DNA from: a candidate division FCPU426 bacterium
GTDB taxonomy: Bacteria > Oederibacteriota > Muellerivitia > Muellerivitales > Muellerivitaceae
DNA length: 64,000 nucleotides
Direction: 5' to 3'
Assembly: GCA_963771075.1 (NCBI GenBank)
Contig: CAVYSE010000024.1
Location: 96,001-160,000, forward strand
In this document: piece by piece, positions 29,301-38,999 of the stretch
How positions within the stretch are numbered: position 1 is the first letter of the stretch
How the letters are laid out: every line of letters begins with the position of its first letter
Position numbers and translations under genes: made by a program
Notes under the pieces: generated by a model
What the model was told of the DNA's origin: nothing
Databases searched by the model: none
Seen by the model: the letters and a program-made list of their open reading frames with translations, nothing else

Positions 29301-29314
29301 GGCACGGTCCTTGC
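29301..29314 (+). promoter_or_regulatory. sigma54 -24/-12 promoter
   Basis: GGCACGGTCCTTGC upstream of rhodanese paralog 3. Confidence 0.78.
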
Positions 29315-29350
29315 TTTTACATGGACGGGTGACAATCCATCGATGATGAG

Positions 29351-29719
29351 GTGAAACGAATGCCGATTTCGAAAGAAGCCCTCAAGGGCAAAATGAAGGA
29401 CCGCAACACGGTGGTCTTGAACGTACTGTCGGAGGCGGATTTCGCGAAGCTCCACATAAAGGGTTCGGAAAGCTTTCCCCTGACCCAAAACACGGTCGAA
29501 TTCGCCCGGGAAGTCGAGAAGAAATACGGGAAGGACAGGTTTTTCATCGCCTATTGCGAGGGACCGACCTGCAGCGCGGGCCCGAACGCGGCCAAGGCCT
29601 TGAAGGTCCATGGCCTGGATGCCGTGGATTTCGCGGGAGGCATGCAGGAATGGGAATCCGCGGGTTATCCCACCGAGGGCACCGCGGCGAAGCCTCCAAC
29701 GGCCCATGCGCTCAAATAG
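29351..29719 (+). CDS. Rhodanese-like domain protein (paralog 3)
   Basis: Close paralog of 21024-21389 (MPISKEALK.KMKD.NTVVLNVL.EADFAKLHI.GSE); YCEGPTC. Confidence 0.85.
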   Translation: MKRMPISKEALKGKMKDRNTVVLNVLSEADFAKLHIKGSESFPLTQNTVEFAREVEKKYGKDRFFIAYCEGPTCSAGPNAAKALKVHGLDAVDFAGGMQEWESAGYPTEGTAAKPPTAHALK

Positions 29720-29731
29720 TCTCCCTTTTTG

Positions 29732-29770
29732 AAAAGGCCCGCGTTCCCCCCGGGGACGTGGGCTTTTTTT
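29732..29770 (+). terminator. Rho-independent terminator
   Basis: GCCCGCGTTCCC...GGGGACGTGGGC plus T7. Confidence 0.7.
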
Positions 29771-30021
29771 AGTGAAAATGCGCCCTTTTCACAAAAAGGA
29801 AAAAGGGAAGTGTAAAGGGGATTTGGGTTTCAGCTTTGCCCGCCGTCTTTAGCAAAGCTTTTTTCATGCGCGAAATAATGAATGACAATTGTCCCGTTTT
29901 TTCCTTCCAGAATGAAAAAATTCACTCATTAAAGGCGAATAGGCGCAAAATAGTTCGTGAAGTATCCAAACGGGGAGCGTGAGGATCTTACGATCTTCCG
30001 AATCAACATTCGGAGAATGCA

Positions 30022-31218
30022 ATGCGCCCCCCACTTATCCCACCAGCTTCCCGTAAGCTCTCATTCCACCTTCTCATCTTTCCGGCGGTGTTTTTGTTAT
30101 TACCCTTGGCCCTATCCTGCGACCGTCTCCACGCTTACCTGCACCCCGACGCGGGCAAAGTCGGGTTTATCGACCACCAGGGAAAATTCGTCATCAAACC
30201 CCAGTATCAATGGATTCAGGGCTTCAAGGGCAACGTAGCCGCGGTGGAGGTGAAGAACCTGGATAAAAGCGCGGACGGTACCCAATACAACCTGACGGAT
30301 AAATTCGGCGCCATCAACACGAGGGGGGAACTGGTCGTTCCGCTGGAATACGACACCGTGCGGGCCCTGGGCGACGGTTACATCATGGCCGAAAACGACA
30401 AGGGCTGGATCTTGTTCGACGAGAACGGGAAAAAACTTTGTCCCGAACCCTTCAAGCGGCAATTCACGGATTCGGGGGACGGGCTGGTCGGATACGAGGA
30501 AATGCGCAAAGACGGTAGCCCGGAATTCGGCTTCCTGGACAAGGCCGGTAACCGCCTTTACACGACCGTTTATCTCCACAACACGGAGACGCCGGCAAGG
30601 GTTTACAACGACCGTTTTGGCGAGGGGTTGGTTTGGGCGAGTGACGGGAAGGGACGCATGCTGGTGGACCGCGAAGGCAAGGTCGCGGCGCGTTTCACGA
30701 ACTCGGGGGTGACCTTGAACGCCGAGATGCCTTTCGTGGGCGGTCTTTCGGCGGTGGCCACTTCCTTCACTAAGGACGACCAGAATTTTACGGAGCGATC
30801 CAACTGGGGCTACGTGAACACGAAGTGCGAATGGGTGGTTCCGGGCATGTATGCCGAGGCGCACGATTTTTCCGAGGGTCTGGGATGCGTTAAGCTGGGA
30901 AAACTCTACGGTTTCGTGGACACGACGGGAAAGGAAGTCATCCCCCCGCAGTTCGACGACGTGGGCCAGGACGGCTTCGCGAACGGCCTTTGCGTGGTCT
31001 CCAAGGGAAAAAAGGACGCTTATTTTTTTATCGACACCCAGGGCAAGAGGGCCATCGACGCAGATTATGAGGCCGCCTACGGGTTCCACGAGGGGCTGGC
31101 GGCGGTAAGGGTGAAGGGCCAATGGGGCTTTATCGACAAGACTGGGAAATTCGTGATCAAGCCGGTTTTCGAATCGGTGGGAAGCTTCAACAGCGGGCTG
31201 GCCGCGGCGTCCGAATAA
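30022..31218 (+). CDS. Secreted WG (KWG) repeat protein
   Basis: Signal-like N-terminus; repeated (W/Y/F)GFID..G..VI.P.F.....F.EGLA.V. Confidence 0.85.
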   Translation: MRPPLIPPASRKLSFHLLIFPAVFLLLPLALSCDRLHAYLHPDAGKVGFIDHQGKFVIKPQYQWIQGFKGNVAAVEVKNLDKSADGTQYNLTDKFGAINTRGELVVPLEYDTVRALGDGYIMAENDKGWILFDENGKKLCPEPFKRQFTDSGDGLVGYEEMRKDGSPEFGFLDKAGNRLYTTVYLHNTETPARVYNDRFGEGLVWASDGKGRMLVDREGKVAARFTNSGVTLNAEMPFVGGLSAVATSFTKDDQNFTERSNWGYVNTKCEWVVPGMYAEAHDFSEGLGCVKLGKLYGFVDTTGKEVIPPQFDDVGQDGFANGLCVVSKGKKDAYFFIDTQGKRAIDADYEAAYGFHEGLAAVRVKGQWGFIDKTGKFVIKPVFESVGSFNSGLAAASE

Positions 31219-31239
31219 AACCTATTGGGGGTAACCGGC

Positions 31240-32178
31240 ATGGGGGTAGGGATCAAGGCTTTGATGGCGGCGGGGTTGATCTTCGGAGGGTCTCTCGGGG
31301 CCGGGGCGCTGGGTTGCGAGGTCGCGGGCGAAGCTTGGCGTCCTGACAAGCCAGGCAAGCCCTATGAAGCGTTGACTTCAACGCAATACTATTCGAATTG
31401 CGCGGAATGCCAGGCGGCCATCGAGGATACTTACGCGAAATATCCCGGTTATTACCGGAATCTGCAATGCGTGAATTGCGATTGCGGCCAAAGTGAGGGA
31501 AACGACAACGCCACCACGAGTCAATCTTCCCCGGACCCGTCGGCGAACGATCAAGCGGCTCAGCAGGCGGCGGATGAAAAAGAACGCGAGGCGAACCTGG
31601 CCAAGGAGCAGAAGTTCAAGGAAGACAAGCAGGACGCCTTGAGCCAGCTCAAAGGCGTTTCCGGGGACAGCGACGAGGCCGCCGATGAAAAGGGCGTCGA
31701 ACCGGTTTCGAAACAACTCAACGGGCCCCGTGAAAGGGCGGTCAGCATCTCGGGCGGGGGTTTTGATCGTGCTTCCGGCAGGGCCAAACCGAAGGAATTG
31801 AATATCCCGCCCGCCTCGCCCCCGGTCCGGGAAGAGCCCCTGGTGACCCTCGAGAAACAAATCAAGCAATACCAAACCGACCTGGAAAAAAAGAAGAAAA
31901 AAATACAAGAACTGAATAGGAAGATCACCCAATTGGCCGTCAAGCTAAACGAAACATCCGCCCCTGAGGTTGAAAGCGCCCCCGCCACGCCCCCGCCAGG
32001 AGCGCCGGAGGCCAAGCCCACCCCGGCCCCGAAGGCCGACGACTCGGCCGCCAAGAAATTGGCCGAGCTGAACGCCCTGCGCCAGGCGGCCATGGCCGAT
32101 CAGGCGGACCTCGAGAAAAAAATCAGCGATTCTGAAAAACAAGCCGATGAAATGAGCAAGCCCACACCGATTCCCTGA
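31240..32178 (+). CDS. Secreted hypothetical protein (Cys motifs, coiled coil, Pro-rich linker)
   Basis: Hydrophobic N-terminus; CAEC, CVNCDC; long K/E/Q helices. Confidence 0.6.
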   Translation: MGVGIKALMAAGLIFGGSLGAGALGCEVAGEAWRPDKPGKPYEALTSTQYYSNCAECQAAIEDTYAKYPGYYRNLQCVNCDCGQSEGNDNATTSQSSPDPSANDQAAQQAADEKEREANLAKEQKFKEDKQDALSQLKGVSGDSDEAADEKGVEPVSKQLNGPRERAVSISGGGFDRASGRAKPKELNIPPASPPVREEPLVTLEKQIKQYQTDLEKKKKKIQELNRKITQLAVKLNETSAPEVESAPATPPPGAPEAKPTPAPKADDSAAKKLAELNALRQAAMADQADLEKKISDSEKQADEMSKPTPIP

Positions 32179-32215
32179 GGGGCGGGTGGCCGAATTTTAT
32201 TCAATGAGGTGACCC

Positions 32216-33148
32216 GTGAGACGATGGATGTTTGCGACCGGTTTGGGCTTGTGGTTATCCGCGTTTCTCTTGCCCGGCGCCGTTCAGGCCCAAGGCCTGG
32301 CGGATAACCATTGGATTGATGATGAGGTACTGCCGAAACTGGAAGCCATGAAAACGAGAGCCGCGAAGGATTTGGAGGCTGCCGAAGCGAAAATCAAGAG
32401 CGCCCGGAAAACCATCCAAAAGGCGGAGGCGCTCGAGGCTCAATACCAAAGCGCGGGGAATTCGACTGGCGTCGAAGGGGCCAGGCAGGTGGAGGACATC
32501 GGGAAGCAAACCCTGGAGAAAGCCCAGGCCTGGAAGGAACGCACCCTCTTGAACCAACAGCGCGCCGGAAAGGCCATCGAAAGCGTGACCTATACCTTGG
32601 CCCACAACCTGGGGGGGAAGGCCAACGCGGTGGCCAGCGGTGTCACGGGCGATGTGAAGATCAGCCGGAACGGAAAATTCGCGGATTTGTACGGTTCGGA
32701 CGGGGATTTCCTGGTTCCGGGCGACAAGATCCAGACCGGCGCGGACGGCCGGATCGACCTGGTGATGAAGGACGGCCACAAGATTCACATGGAACCCCAC
32801 TCGACCCTGACCTTCGAAAAGGATGAGGTTTCCTTTCTCGCGGAAGGCGAAATGGCGTCGATGAAAAAATGGATCAAGGAAAAAATGAGGAAAAAGTTCG
32901 AGGTCAGAACCCCTGCGGCGATTTGCGGGGTCCGTGGGACCGAATACTCCATTCACTCGGCCCGGGACGGCACGGCGATCGAGGTGCATGAGGGCTCCGT
33001 GGAAGTCTGGGACTCGAAAAAGACCCAATCGGTAATAGTGGAGGCGGGCTTCAAGACATTCGTGCCGAATGACGGTTTGCCTGGAACACCTGAAAAGGAC
33101 GGCACCTGGAAAACCCTGGATTGGGACGCCCCGATCGCCGGGGAATAG
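32216..33148 (+). CDS. Secreted coiled-coil plus FecR-like domain protein
   Basis: GDKIQTGADG, VRTPAAICGVRGTEY, VHEGSVEV. Confidence 0.8.
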   Translation: MRRWMFATGLGLWLSAFLLPGAVQAQGLADNHWIDDEVLPKLEAMKTRAAKDLEAAEAKIKSARKTIQKAEALEAQYQSAGNSTGVEGARQVEDIGKQTLEKAQAWKERTLLNQQRAGKAIESVTYTLAHNLGGKANAVASGVTGDVKISRNGKFADLYGSDGDFLVPGDKIQTGADGRIDLVMKDGHKIHMEPHSTLTFEKDEVSFLAEGEMASMKKWIKEKMRKKFEVRTPAAICGVRGTEYSIHSARDGTAIEVHEGSVEVWDSKKTQSVIVEAGFKTFVPNDGLPGTPEKDGTWKTLDWDAPIAGE

Positions 33149-33157
33149 GGAGGACCT

Positions 33158-33904
33158 ATGAAAAAAAACGCAGCCTATCTATGGGCCTTCTGGGCACTGA
33201 CCCTGCTGAACGCGCAGGCCGCGAAGGTGCCGGCGGAAGCCAAGAAGCACCTGAACTACGGCACCGCGGCGCTGGAGATGGCCACGGATGAGACGGGCTA
33301 TCAAAAGGCGGCGGTGGAGTTCGGGGTCGCGACCCAGTTGGCCCCCCGGTGGCCGGCGCCCTATTACGACCTGGGCGTCATCTATTCCAAGATGAATCGT
33401 TTTGATGATGCCTTATGGTATTACAACAGATACCTGGAACTCTCCCCCAAGGCCAAGGATGCGGAAAAGGTCAAGAGCGAGATCGACAAGCTTCAGTATA
33501 AGAAGGAACAGCAATCCGATAAGAGCCGTTATTGTGGGGAATGGTGCGGCGTCATCAATCCGTCGACGAGATTCTGCGATTTCAATTTAGAGTTATATCA
33601 AAATCCAAATAACAAGACCCTTTATCACCTGCTGGCTTGGTGCGCGAACGAGGATGATTGCGGCGAGGATACGGGATGGTCCATCACGGTGGATGATCTA
33701 AGGATCGGGCCCGATAATAAATTCGACGCGACGGGTGTCATTGCCAAACTGAAAGGGGAAAATAAAACCGTCCTCGGCTCGGGTCGAGTCATGGGTTCGT
33801 TGAGCGACAAGGATAGTAATGGAGAGGGTAAAGACATGATCAACCTTGGTTTTCTGTTCAGGGGGGAGTGGTATTCGTTGGCCTTCAAGAAGGCCGGCAA
33901 CTGA
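33158..33904 (+). CDS. Secreted TPR protein (paralog A)
   Basis: Signal peptide; P.W.APYY.LG..Y......DAL..Y..YLELSP TPR. Confidence 0.78.
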   Translation: MKKNAAYLWAFWALTLLNAQAAKVPAEAKKHLNYGTAALEMATDETGYQKAAVEFGVATQLAPRWPAPYYDLGVIYSKMNRFDDALWYYNRYLELSPKAKDAEKVKSEIDKLQYKKEQQSDKSRYCGEWCGVINPSTRFCDFNLELYQNPNNKTLYHLLAWCANEDDCGEDTGWSITVDDLRIGPDNKFDATGVIAKLKGENKTVLGSGRVMGSLSDKDSNGEGKDMINLGFLFRGEWYSLAFKKAGN

Positions 33905-33942
33905 ATCCTGCACCAAGGATGAGGATCTAAGGAGTTCATATC

Positions 33943-34566
33943 GTGATGACAGTTGAGCCTGCGACTTCAGGTGTTTTCGACGATATCAAGGATCAGAACG
34001 AGGAGATACTTTGGGTCGGCAAGCCCAACGCCTTTTGCTTTGTCTTTTATGGGATCCCGTTTCTGATCCTGGGCTTGGCCTGGGGATGTATCGACGTTTT
34101 CATTCTGATCCAAATGATGAACAGCGGGGATGAAATGATGGGGTTCGGCATCCCCTTTCTATTGCTCCATTCTTTCCCTTTGTGGGGCAGTTTCCTGTTC
34201 ATGGGCTGGTTATGGCTGGCGCACGGAAAGACCTTTTATGCCTATTCCAACCGCCGGTTGTTGGTCCGGACGGGCGCCATCGGGACGGATTACAAGACCT
34301 ACGATTACGACCAGTTATCCAACCTGGAGGTCCGGCAAGGCCCCATCCAAAAGAGCTTCAACGTCGGGACCATCCGATTCAATACTGGGCAAACCGATTC
34401 CGAGGGAAAGATGCTCACCCACTCATTCAGGGCCATCCCCGCCGCCTTCGAGGTGTTCAAGAAGATCAAGGAAGTCTCGATGGACGTCAAAACGGACGAA
34501 TTTTATCCCAATGCCCGGCGTCCTTCGGAAAACGAAGGATATAAGACCCGTTACAAACCTCGCTAA
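33943..34566 (+). CDS. Membrane protein with bacterial PH domain
   Basis: ILWVGKP, two TM helices, YAYSNRRLLVRTG, VGTIRF. Confidence 0.75.
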   Translation: MMTVEPATSGVFDDIKDQNEEILWVGKPNAFCFVFYGIPFLILGLAWGCIDVFILIQMMNSGDEMMGFGIPFLLLHSFPLWGSFLFMGWLWLAHGKTFYAYSNRRLLVRTGAIGTDYKTYDYDQLSNLEVRQGPIQKSFNVGTIRFNTGQTDSEGKMLTHSFRAIPAAFEVFKKIKEVSMDVKTDEFYPNARRPSENEGYKTRYKPR

Positions 34567-34611
34567 AGAGGGGCTTGGACCCGGTTTTGAAACAGAGGTT
34601 TGGGAGGCCTT

Positions 34612-35322
34612 ATGAAAAAGCTAACGATCTTAATATCGATCCTGACCCTGTTGGTTTTCACCAGGGCCCAGGCTGCGAAATTGCCGGAGGAGGCCAAGAA
34701 GCACATGGCCTTCGGCGCCGCGGCGCTGGAAATGGCCCAAAGCGACGACGGTTTCAAGAAAGCGGCCGTGGAATTCGAGGCCGCTGCCAAGCTGGCCCCC
34801 AAGTGGCCGGCCCCCTATTACAACCTGGGGGTGGTCTATTCCAAACTGGAGGATTGGGAGGACGCCCTGGCGAATTACAACAAATACCTTGAGCTATCCC
34901 CCAAGGCCAAGGACGCGGATGCGGTCAAGAGCGAGATCTACAAGATCCAATACAAGAAGGAACAGCAATTCGACCTGGGCCAGTTCCAGGGATTTTACAA
35001 CTCGGAAAAATTCTCCCTGGCTTTCCGGGATCTCGGCATGGGCCATGGGAAGATCCAGATCACCTGCCAATCGGGGGAGGATTTTGTCCTTTGGAACGAC
35101 GATGTCGAATTGAAAGAGGATAAGGCGACCGGCCGCATGACATTCAAGGCCCTGTTCAACCAAGCCGAGAATGACCGCATGGAAAAGACCGGGGAACAAG
35201 AAGTCTCGGGATACTTTATACCCTCCGCTAAAAACCCAAATGGGGAAACTTGGGCGGTGACGCATTGTACTTTCCATAATGAGGGGTGGTTCTTCGAGTT
35301 CAAGATGTACCAGAAGAACTAA
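34612..35322 (+). CDS. Secreted TPR protein (paralog B)
   Basis: N-terminal half highly similar to 33158-33904 up to QYKKEQQ; different C-terminus. Confidence 0.78.
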   Translation: MKKLTILISILTLLVFTRAQAAKLPEEAKKHMAFGAAALEMAQSDDGFKKAAVEFEAAAKLAPKWPAPYYNLGVVYSKLEDWEDALANYNKYLELSPKAKDADAVKSEIYKIQYKKEQQFDLGQFQGFYNSEKFSLAFRDLGMGHGKIQITCQSGEDFVLWNDDVELKEDKATGRMTFKALFNQAENDRMEKTGEQEVSGYFIPSAKNPNGETWAVTHCTFHNEGWFFEFKMYQKN

Positions 35323-35722
35323 GGTCCGGGTGGGGTGTCCGCCGGGCACAGGATTAGGATCTATTCCACCGCCTTTGGGTCGAGGCCCCAAGCCGAGACA
35401 CATGACTTGATTGTGCCGATTCCAGACGGGAATCGGTTAGCGAAGGATTTGGCAATTGGCGTGATCACCGAGGCTTCGGCCTGTCCGCCGTAGCCTTGGC
35501 GAAGGTGGAAGCTTCTGGAGCATTTCCGGCTGCTTGGATTGGTTTATCTTAGCTGGCTGCCGACTGTCTCCTGCCTCGAACCAACAAGCTTTTGCATTGA
35601 GGCTTCATGCCGAAATGCATGTTTTAAATGTCCCGGAACAAAAGTTAAAAGGTTCCGGGGGTGAGAGGCATGGTTTGGTGATCCCAATTGCCTTTGTGCA
35701 ATTGGGGCCGACTGGTTTTTAG

Positions 35723-35820
35723 ATGAGACTTTACTCCGGTTCCTCCGCGCAGTTCATCCAGGATTTCACCCGCAACCAGATTGCCGATAAGCTCAAAGAT
35801 TCCTTTTTCAGGTATTTTTG
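35723..35820 (+). pseudogene. 5' fragment resembling a DUF2075 (Schlafen-type ATPase) gene start
   Basis: MRLYSGSSAQFIQDFTRNQIADKLKDSFFRYF, then runs into repeats; family call from memory. Confidence 0.4.
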
Positions 35821-35932
35821 CTGCGGATTGCCGACCTGGCCGCAGAAGCTTTAGCGTAGGCGTGCCTGTCGTCTGATGGTTTTCCTGTCGACTGTCGACC
35901 GCGGACTGTCGACGGGTGTATATAATAAGTCC

Positions 35933-36223
35933 ATGAAACCGATCAAAATACTCGCGAAAAACAGAAACAAAATCCTCGAACTAGCCCGTTTACACGGCGC
36001 CACCCGGGTCCGGGTTTTCGGCTCCGTCGCGCGGGGAGAGGCCGACCGTAAAAGCGACATTGATTTTCTCGTCCAAATGGAACCAGGCCGCACTCTTCTG
36101 GATATGGGGGCGCTGTTAATGGATCTGCAACGAACCCTGGGGCGCCCGGTCGATGTGGTGACGGAAAAAGGCCTTAAGGACCGTATCCGTGAAAAGGTTC
36201 TCCGCGAGGCGGTGCCTCTGTGA
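35933..36223 (+). CDS. Minimal nucleotidyltransferase (MNT) antitoxin
   Basis: VFGSVARGE...SDIDFLV, VDVVT. Confidence 0.88.
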   Translation: MKPIKILAKNRNKILELARLHGATRVRVFGSVARGEADRKSDIDFLVQMEPGRTLLDMGALLMDLQRTLGRPVDVVTEKGLKDRIREKVLREAVPL

Positions 36224-36618
36224 GGGATTTAAGGGTGCGGATCCTGGATATGCTGGACGCGATCGAACGCGTCGAGAAATACGTCTCCCAGGGCCGAAAA
36301 GCGTTTGAAACGGATGAGTTGATCCAAGTATTTATCGTGCACCATCTCCAAATTTTGGGAGAAGCGGCATATAAAATCCCCCCCGGGTTCCGTAAGCATT
36401 ATCCTGAAATTCATTGGGATTCCATTCAAGGCATGCGCCATATCCTGGTCCATGATTATTTCCAGGTTGATCTGGACGTGGTCTGGGGGGTGGTGGAAAA
36501 AGACTTGCCTGATTTGAAACAGAAACTCCAAGATATTCAATTTCCAACCGCCCAAGAACCCCACGCCGTTTACAAGGCTGGTAAAGCCAAAAAGGCAAAA
36601 GCTAAAAAACGCAAATGA
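36220..36618 (+). CDS. HEPN (DUF86) RNase toxin
   Basis: ILGEAA, W..I.GMRHILVHDYF (Rx4H); coupled to the MNT gene. Confidence 0.88.
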   Translation: MRDLRVRILDMLDAIERVEKYVSQGRKAFETDELIQVFIVHHLQILGEAAYKIPPGFRKHYPEIHWDSIQGMRHILVHDYFQVDLDVVWGVVEKDLPDLKQKLQDIQFPTAQEPHAVYKAGKAKKAKAKKRK

Positions 36619-36768
36619 TGTGATGTTGCTAATACCTAAAAGCCAACCGCTAGATGCAGTTAGCAGACCGCAGTTCGCAGCTAGCAGCTAGACTTGGTCA
36701 CCTTTCCTGCGGACTTTCGTCTGATGGTCTCCCTGTCGACTGTGGACTGCGGACTGTCGACTGGTGTC

Positions 36769-37248
36769 TTGCATGGTTTGCAGGAATTCAATGATGCCAA
36801 ACTGATCTTGCCAAGCTCTAAGCGAGATTGGCCTAAATGCGAGAACCTGGAAGAGAGATATAATCAGTTCCGCGCAAGTTAAAGGCTGACTTTTGAATCA
36901 AAATTGTTGTACCCGCCGAAGCCGCCTGTCCGCCGAAGCCTTGGCGAAGGAGGATGGCGAAGGAGGATGGCGAAGGTGGATGGCGAAGGAGGATGGCGAA
37001 GGAGGATGGCGTAGGAGGGCCCAAACAGGAGAACCTTGAGGAAAGGTATAATCAGTTTCGGGCAAGTTGATGATGATTATGAATTGGGACCTAAAATGGT
37101 GAATGGGGGCCTGACCCTTTTTTCTCTTTGTATCTTCGAGCTAGCGCTTACGAACTGTGGTTTGCTGACTGGTGTTATATAATCAGTTTCGCGCGAGTTG
37201 ATATTCGATATTTAGAAAATTAATAAATGATGACTGAACCCATTCACA
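36769..37248 (+). repeat. Direct repeat copy 1 (HNH gene 3' end plus downstream DNA)
   Basis: Matches 38886-39326; 39 bp longer because the 13-bp unit TGGCGAAGGAGGA is present 5x versus 2x. Confidence 0.85.
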
Positions 37249-37298
37249 CTAAATCGGGGGAACTCCACCTTTGTTCCTTCTAAGCGGGAGAAAATCAA

Positions 37299-37925
37299 AT
37301 GCGACTTAAATCTAAATTTGTTGTTTTACTGGTAATCCTATCAACCCTTGTTATGGGTTGTGTAACGACAAACACTGAAAGTGTTATTAATCCTGATTTC
37401 CAAGGTAATTATTACCGAAAAATATTGGTATTAGCTTGTTTATCTGATATTGGGTCACAGAAAACTGTCGAAAATCATGTAGTTGAAAAGCTTCAAGCGT
37501 ATGGGATTAAGGCGGTGCCGAGCTACACTTTTTTCTTTCGCGGCGATGAATTAACGGATAAACAAAAAATAAAGAAAATTCAATCAGCTGGTTTTGACGC
37601 TATTCTTACAATCAAATTTACAAATTCCTATACAACGGATGTTTATGTCCCGCAGAATACCTATACAAGTAACAGTACTTATGTGACGCCTTATGGGTTC
37701 AACAACAAACAGTCGACCTATCAAACAGGTGGTTATTATTTATCTCAACCAAATTTCGAAATTAATTCACAACTTCAGGAAACAAAAAAATACAAAGTGG
37801 TTTGGACAAGCGACTCGGATAGTCATGGTTGCGAAATTTGTGACTTTTCAAGAATTATGGGTTCTTTCGCTGACTCGGTCGTTACCAAAATGGCTGGAGA
37901 TGGTGTATTAGGGGAACTTCCGTAA
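37299..37925 (+). CDS. Lipoprotein, AT-rich
   Basis: Lipobox VMGC after a hydrophobic signal. Confidence 0.75.
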   Translation: MRLKSKFVVLLVILSTLVMGCVTTNTESVINPDFQGNYYRKILVLACLSDIGSQKTVENHVVEKLQAYGIKAVPSYTFFFRGDELTDKQKIKKIQSAGFDAILTIKFTNSYTTDVYVPQNTYTSNSTYVTPYGFNNKQSTYQTGGYYLSQPNFEINSQLQETKKYKVVWTSDSDSHGCEICDFSRIMGSFADSVVTKMAGDGVLGELP

Positions 37926-38087
37926 CCCACCCCAAAACCAAGTGTCGATAATAATCCGGATGAGTGATTAAAAGTGCCTATCTGTTAGTTTGTTGAAGAG
38001 AGATTTGGTGATAAAACACACTAATTATTTCTTGGTCTTAACGCCTAATTCCTAACTCCTCCCCCCTAACTGTCCTAGAATGCTTCT

Positions 38088-38999
38088 GTGACCTCTCTTG
38101 ACCAACAAGTTCGGCTCAAGGCTTTTGACCTCCTCAAACAATTGCAATCCATCTATGGGGACAACATACCCCGCGCGTTATTGGAAAAAGGGTTTGAATT
38201 CGAGGGGCGTAAAGTACCTTTAATCGGCCCCCAGGGCATCTTTAAACCCGCCATCCTTCCTGAAATTCCCATCAGCATCACCACCGCGCCGATCGTGGAG
38301 GGGCGGCCACGGCCTTATGACGATTCTTCCGAAGATGGGTATGTGAAGTACAAATACCGGGGGACCGACCCAGACCATCATGAAAACGTGGGGCTTCGGA
38401 AGGCCATGGTGCAAAAGATACCCTTGATTCATTTTTATGGGGTGGTTCCAGGGATCTATACCGCCGTTTGGCCTGTTTACATCGTGGGGGATAACCCCAA
38501 ACAACTCACCTTTACCGTGGCGGTGGACCAACCTGACCATCTATATGAAGGCGAAGAGAAGGTCGTGGATTTTGCCGCCGAATCCAGGCGTCGATACCAG
38601 ACCGTTGAAACCCAAATGAGGCTTCACCAGGCGGGTTTTCGCTATAAGGTCTTAAAAGCCTATGAAGAAAGTTGCGCCATCTGCCATTTGAAGCATACCC
38701 AACTCTTAGAAGCGGCCCATATTCTTCCTGATACCCACCCCAACGGCTTACCCATTGTCGTGAATGGCATTTCCCTTTGCAAAATCCACCATGGGGCCTA
38801 TGACAGCAATATCATTGGAATCCGACCCGATTATGTGGTGGAACTGAAGAGGGAAGTGATGGAAGAGAAGGATGGCCCCATGCTTTTGCATGGTTTGCAG
38901 GAATTCAATGAAGCCAAGATGATCTTGCCCAAATCCGAGAAAAACTGGCCCAAACGTGAGAACTTGGAAGAGAGATATAATCAGTTTCGCGCAAGTTAA
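38088..38999 (+). CDS. HNH endonuclease (putative type IV / modification-dependent restriction)
   Basis: RLHQAGFR..VL.AY...CAIC...LEAAHI...NGISLCKIHH.AYD. Confidence 0.85.
   Translation: MTSLDQQVRLKAFDLLKQLQSIYGDNIPRALLEKGFEFEGRKVPLIGPQGIFKPAILPEIPISITTAPIVEGRPRPYDDSSEDGYVKYKYRGTDPDHHENVGLRKAMVQKIPLIHFYGVVPGIYTAVWPVYIVGDNPKQLTFTVAVDQPDHLYEGEEKVVDFAAESRRRYQTVETQMRLHQAGFRYKVLKAYEESCAICHLKHTQLLEAAHILPDTHPNGLPIVVNGISLCKIHHGAYDSNIIGIRPDYVVELKREVMEEKDGPMLLHGLQEFNEAKMILPKSEKNWPKRENLEERYNQFRAS

Noticed and set aside
33158..35322. Diversity-generating retroelement behind the variable TPR C-termini
   Set aside because: No reverse transcriptase and no template/variable repeat pair with adenine-specific mismatches seen.
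35390..35530. Degraded PIN gene interrupted by two hairpins (..LAKDLAIGVITE..LLEHF)
   Set aside because: Too short and fragmented to support without a search.
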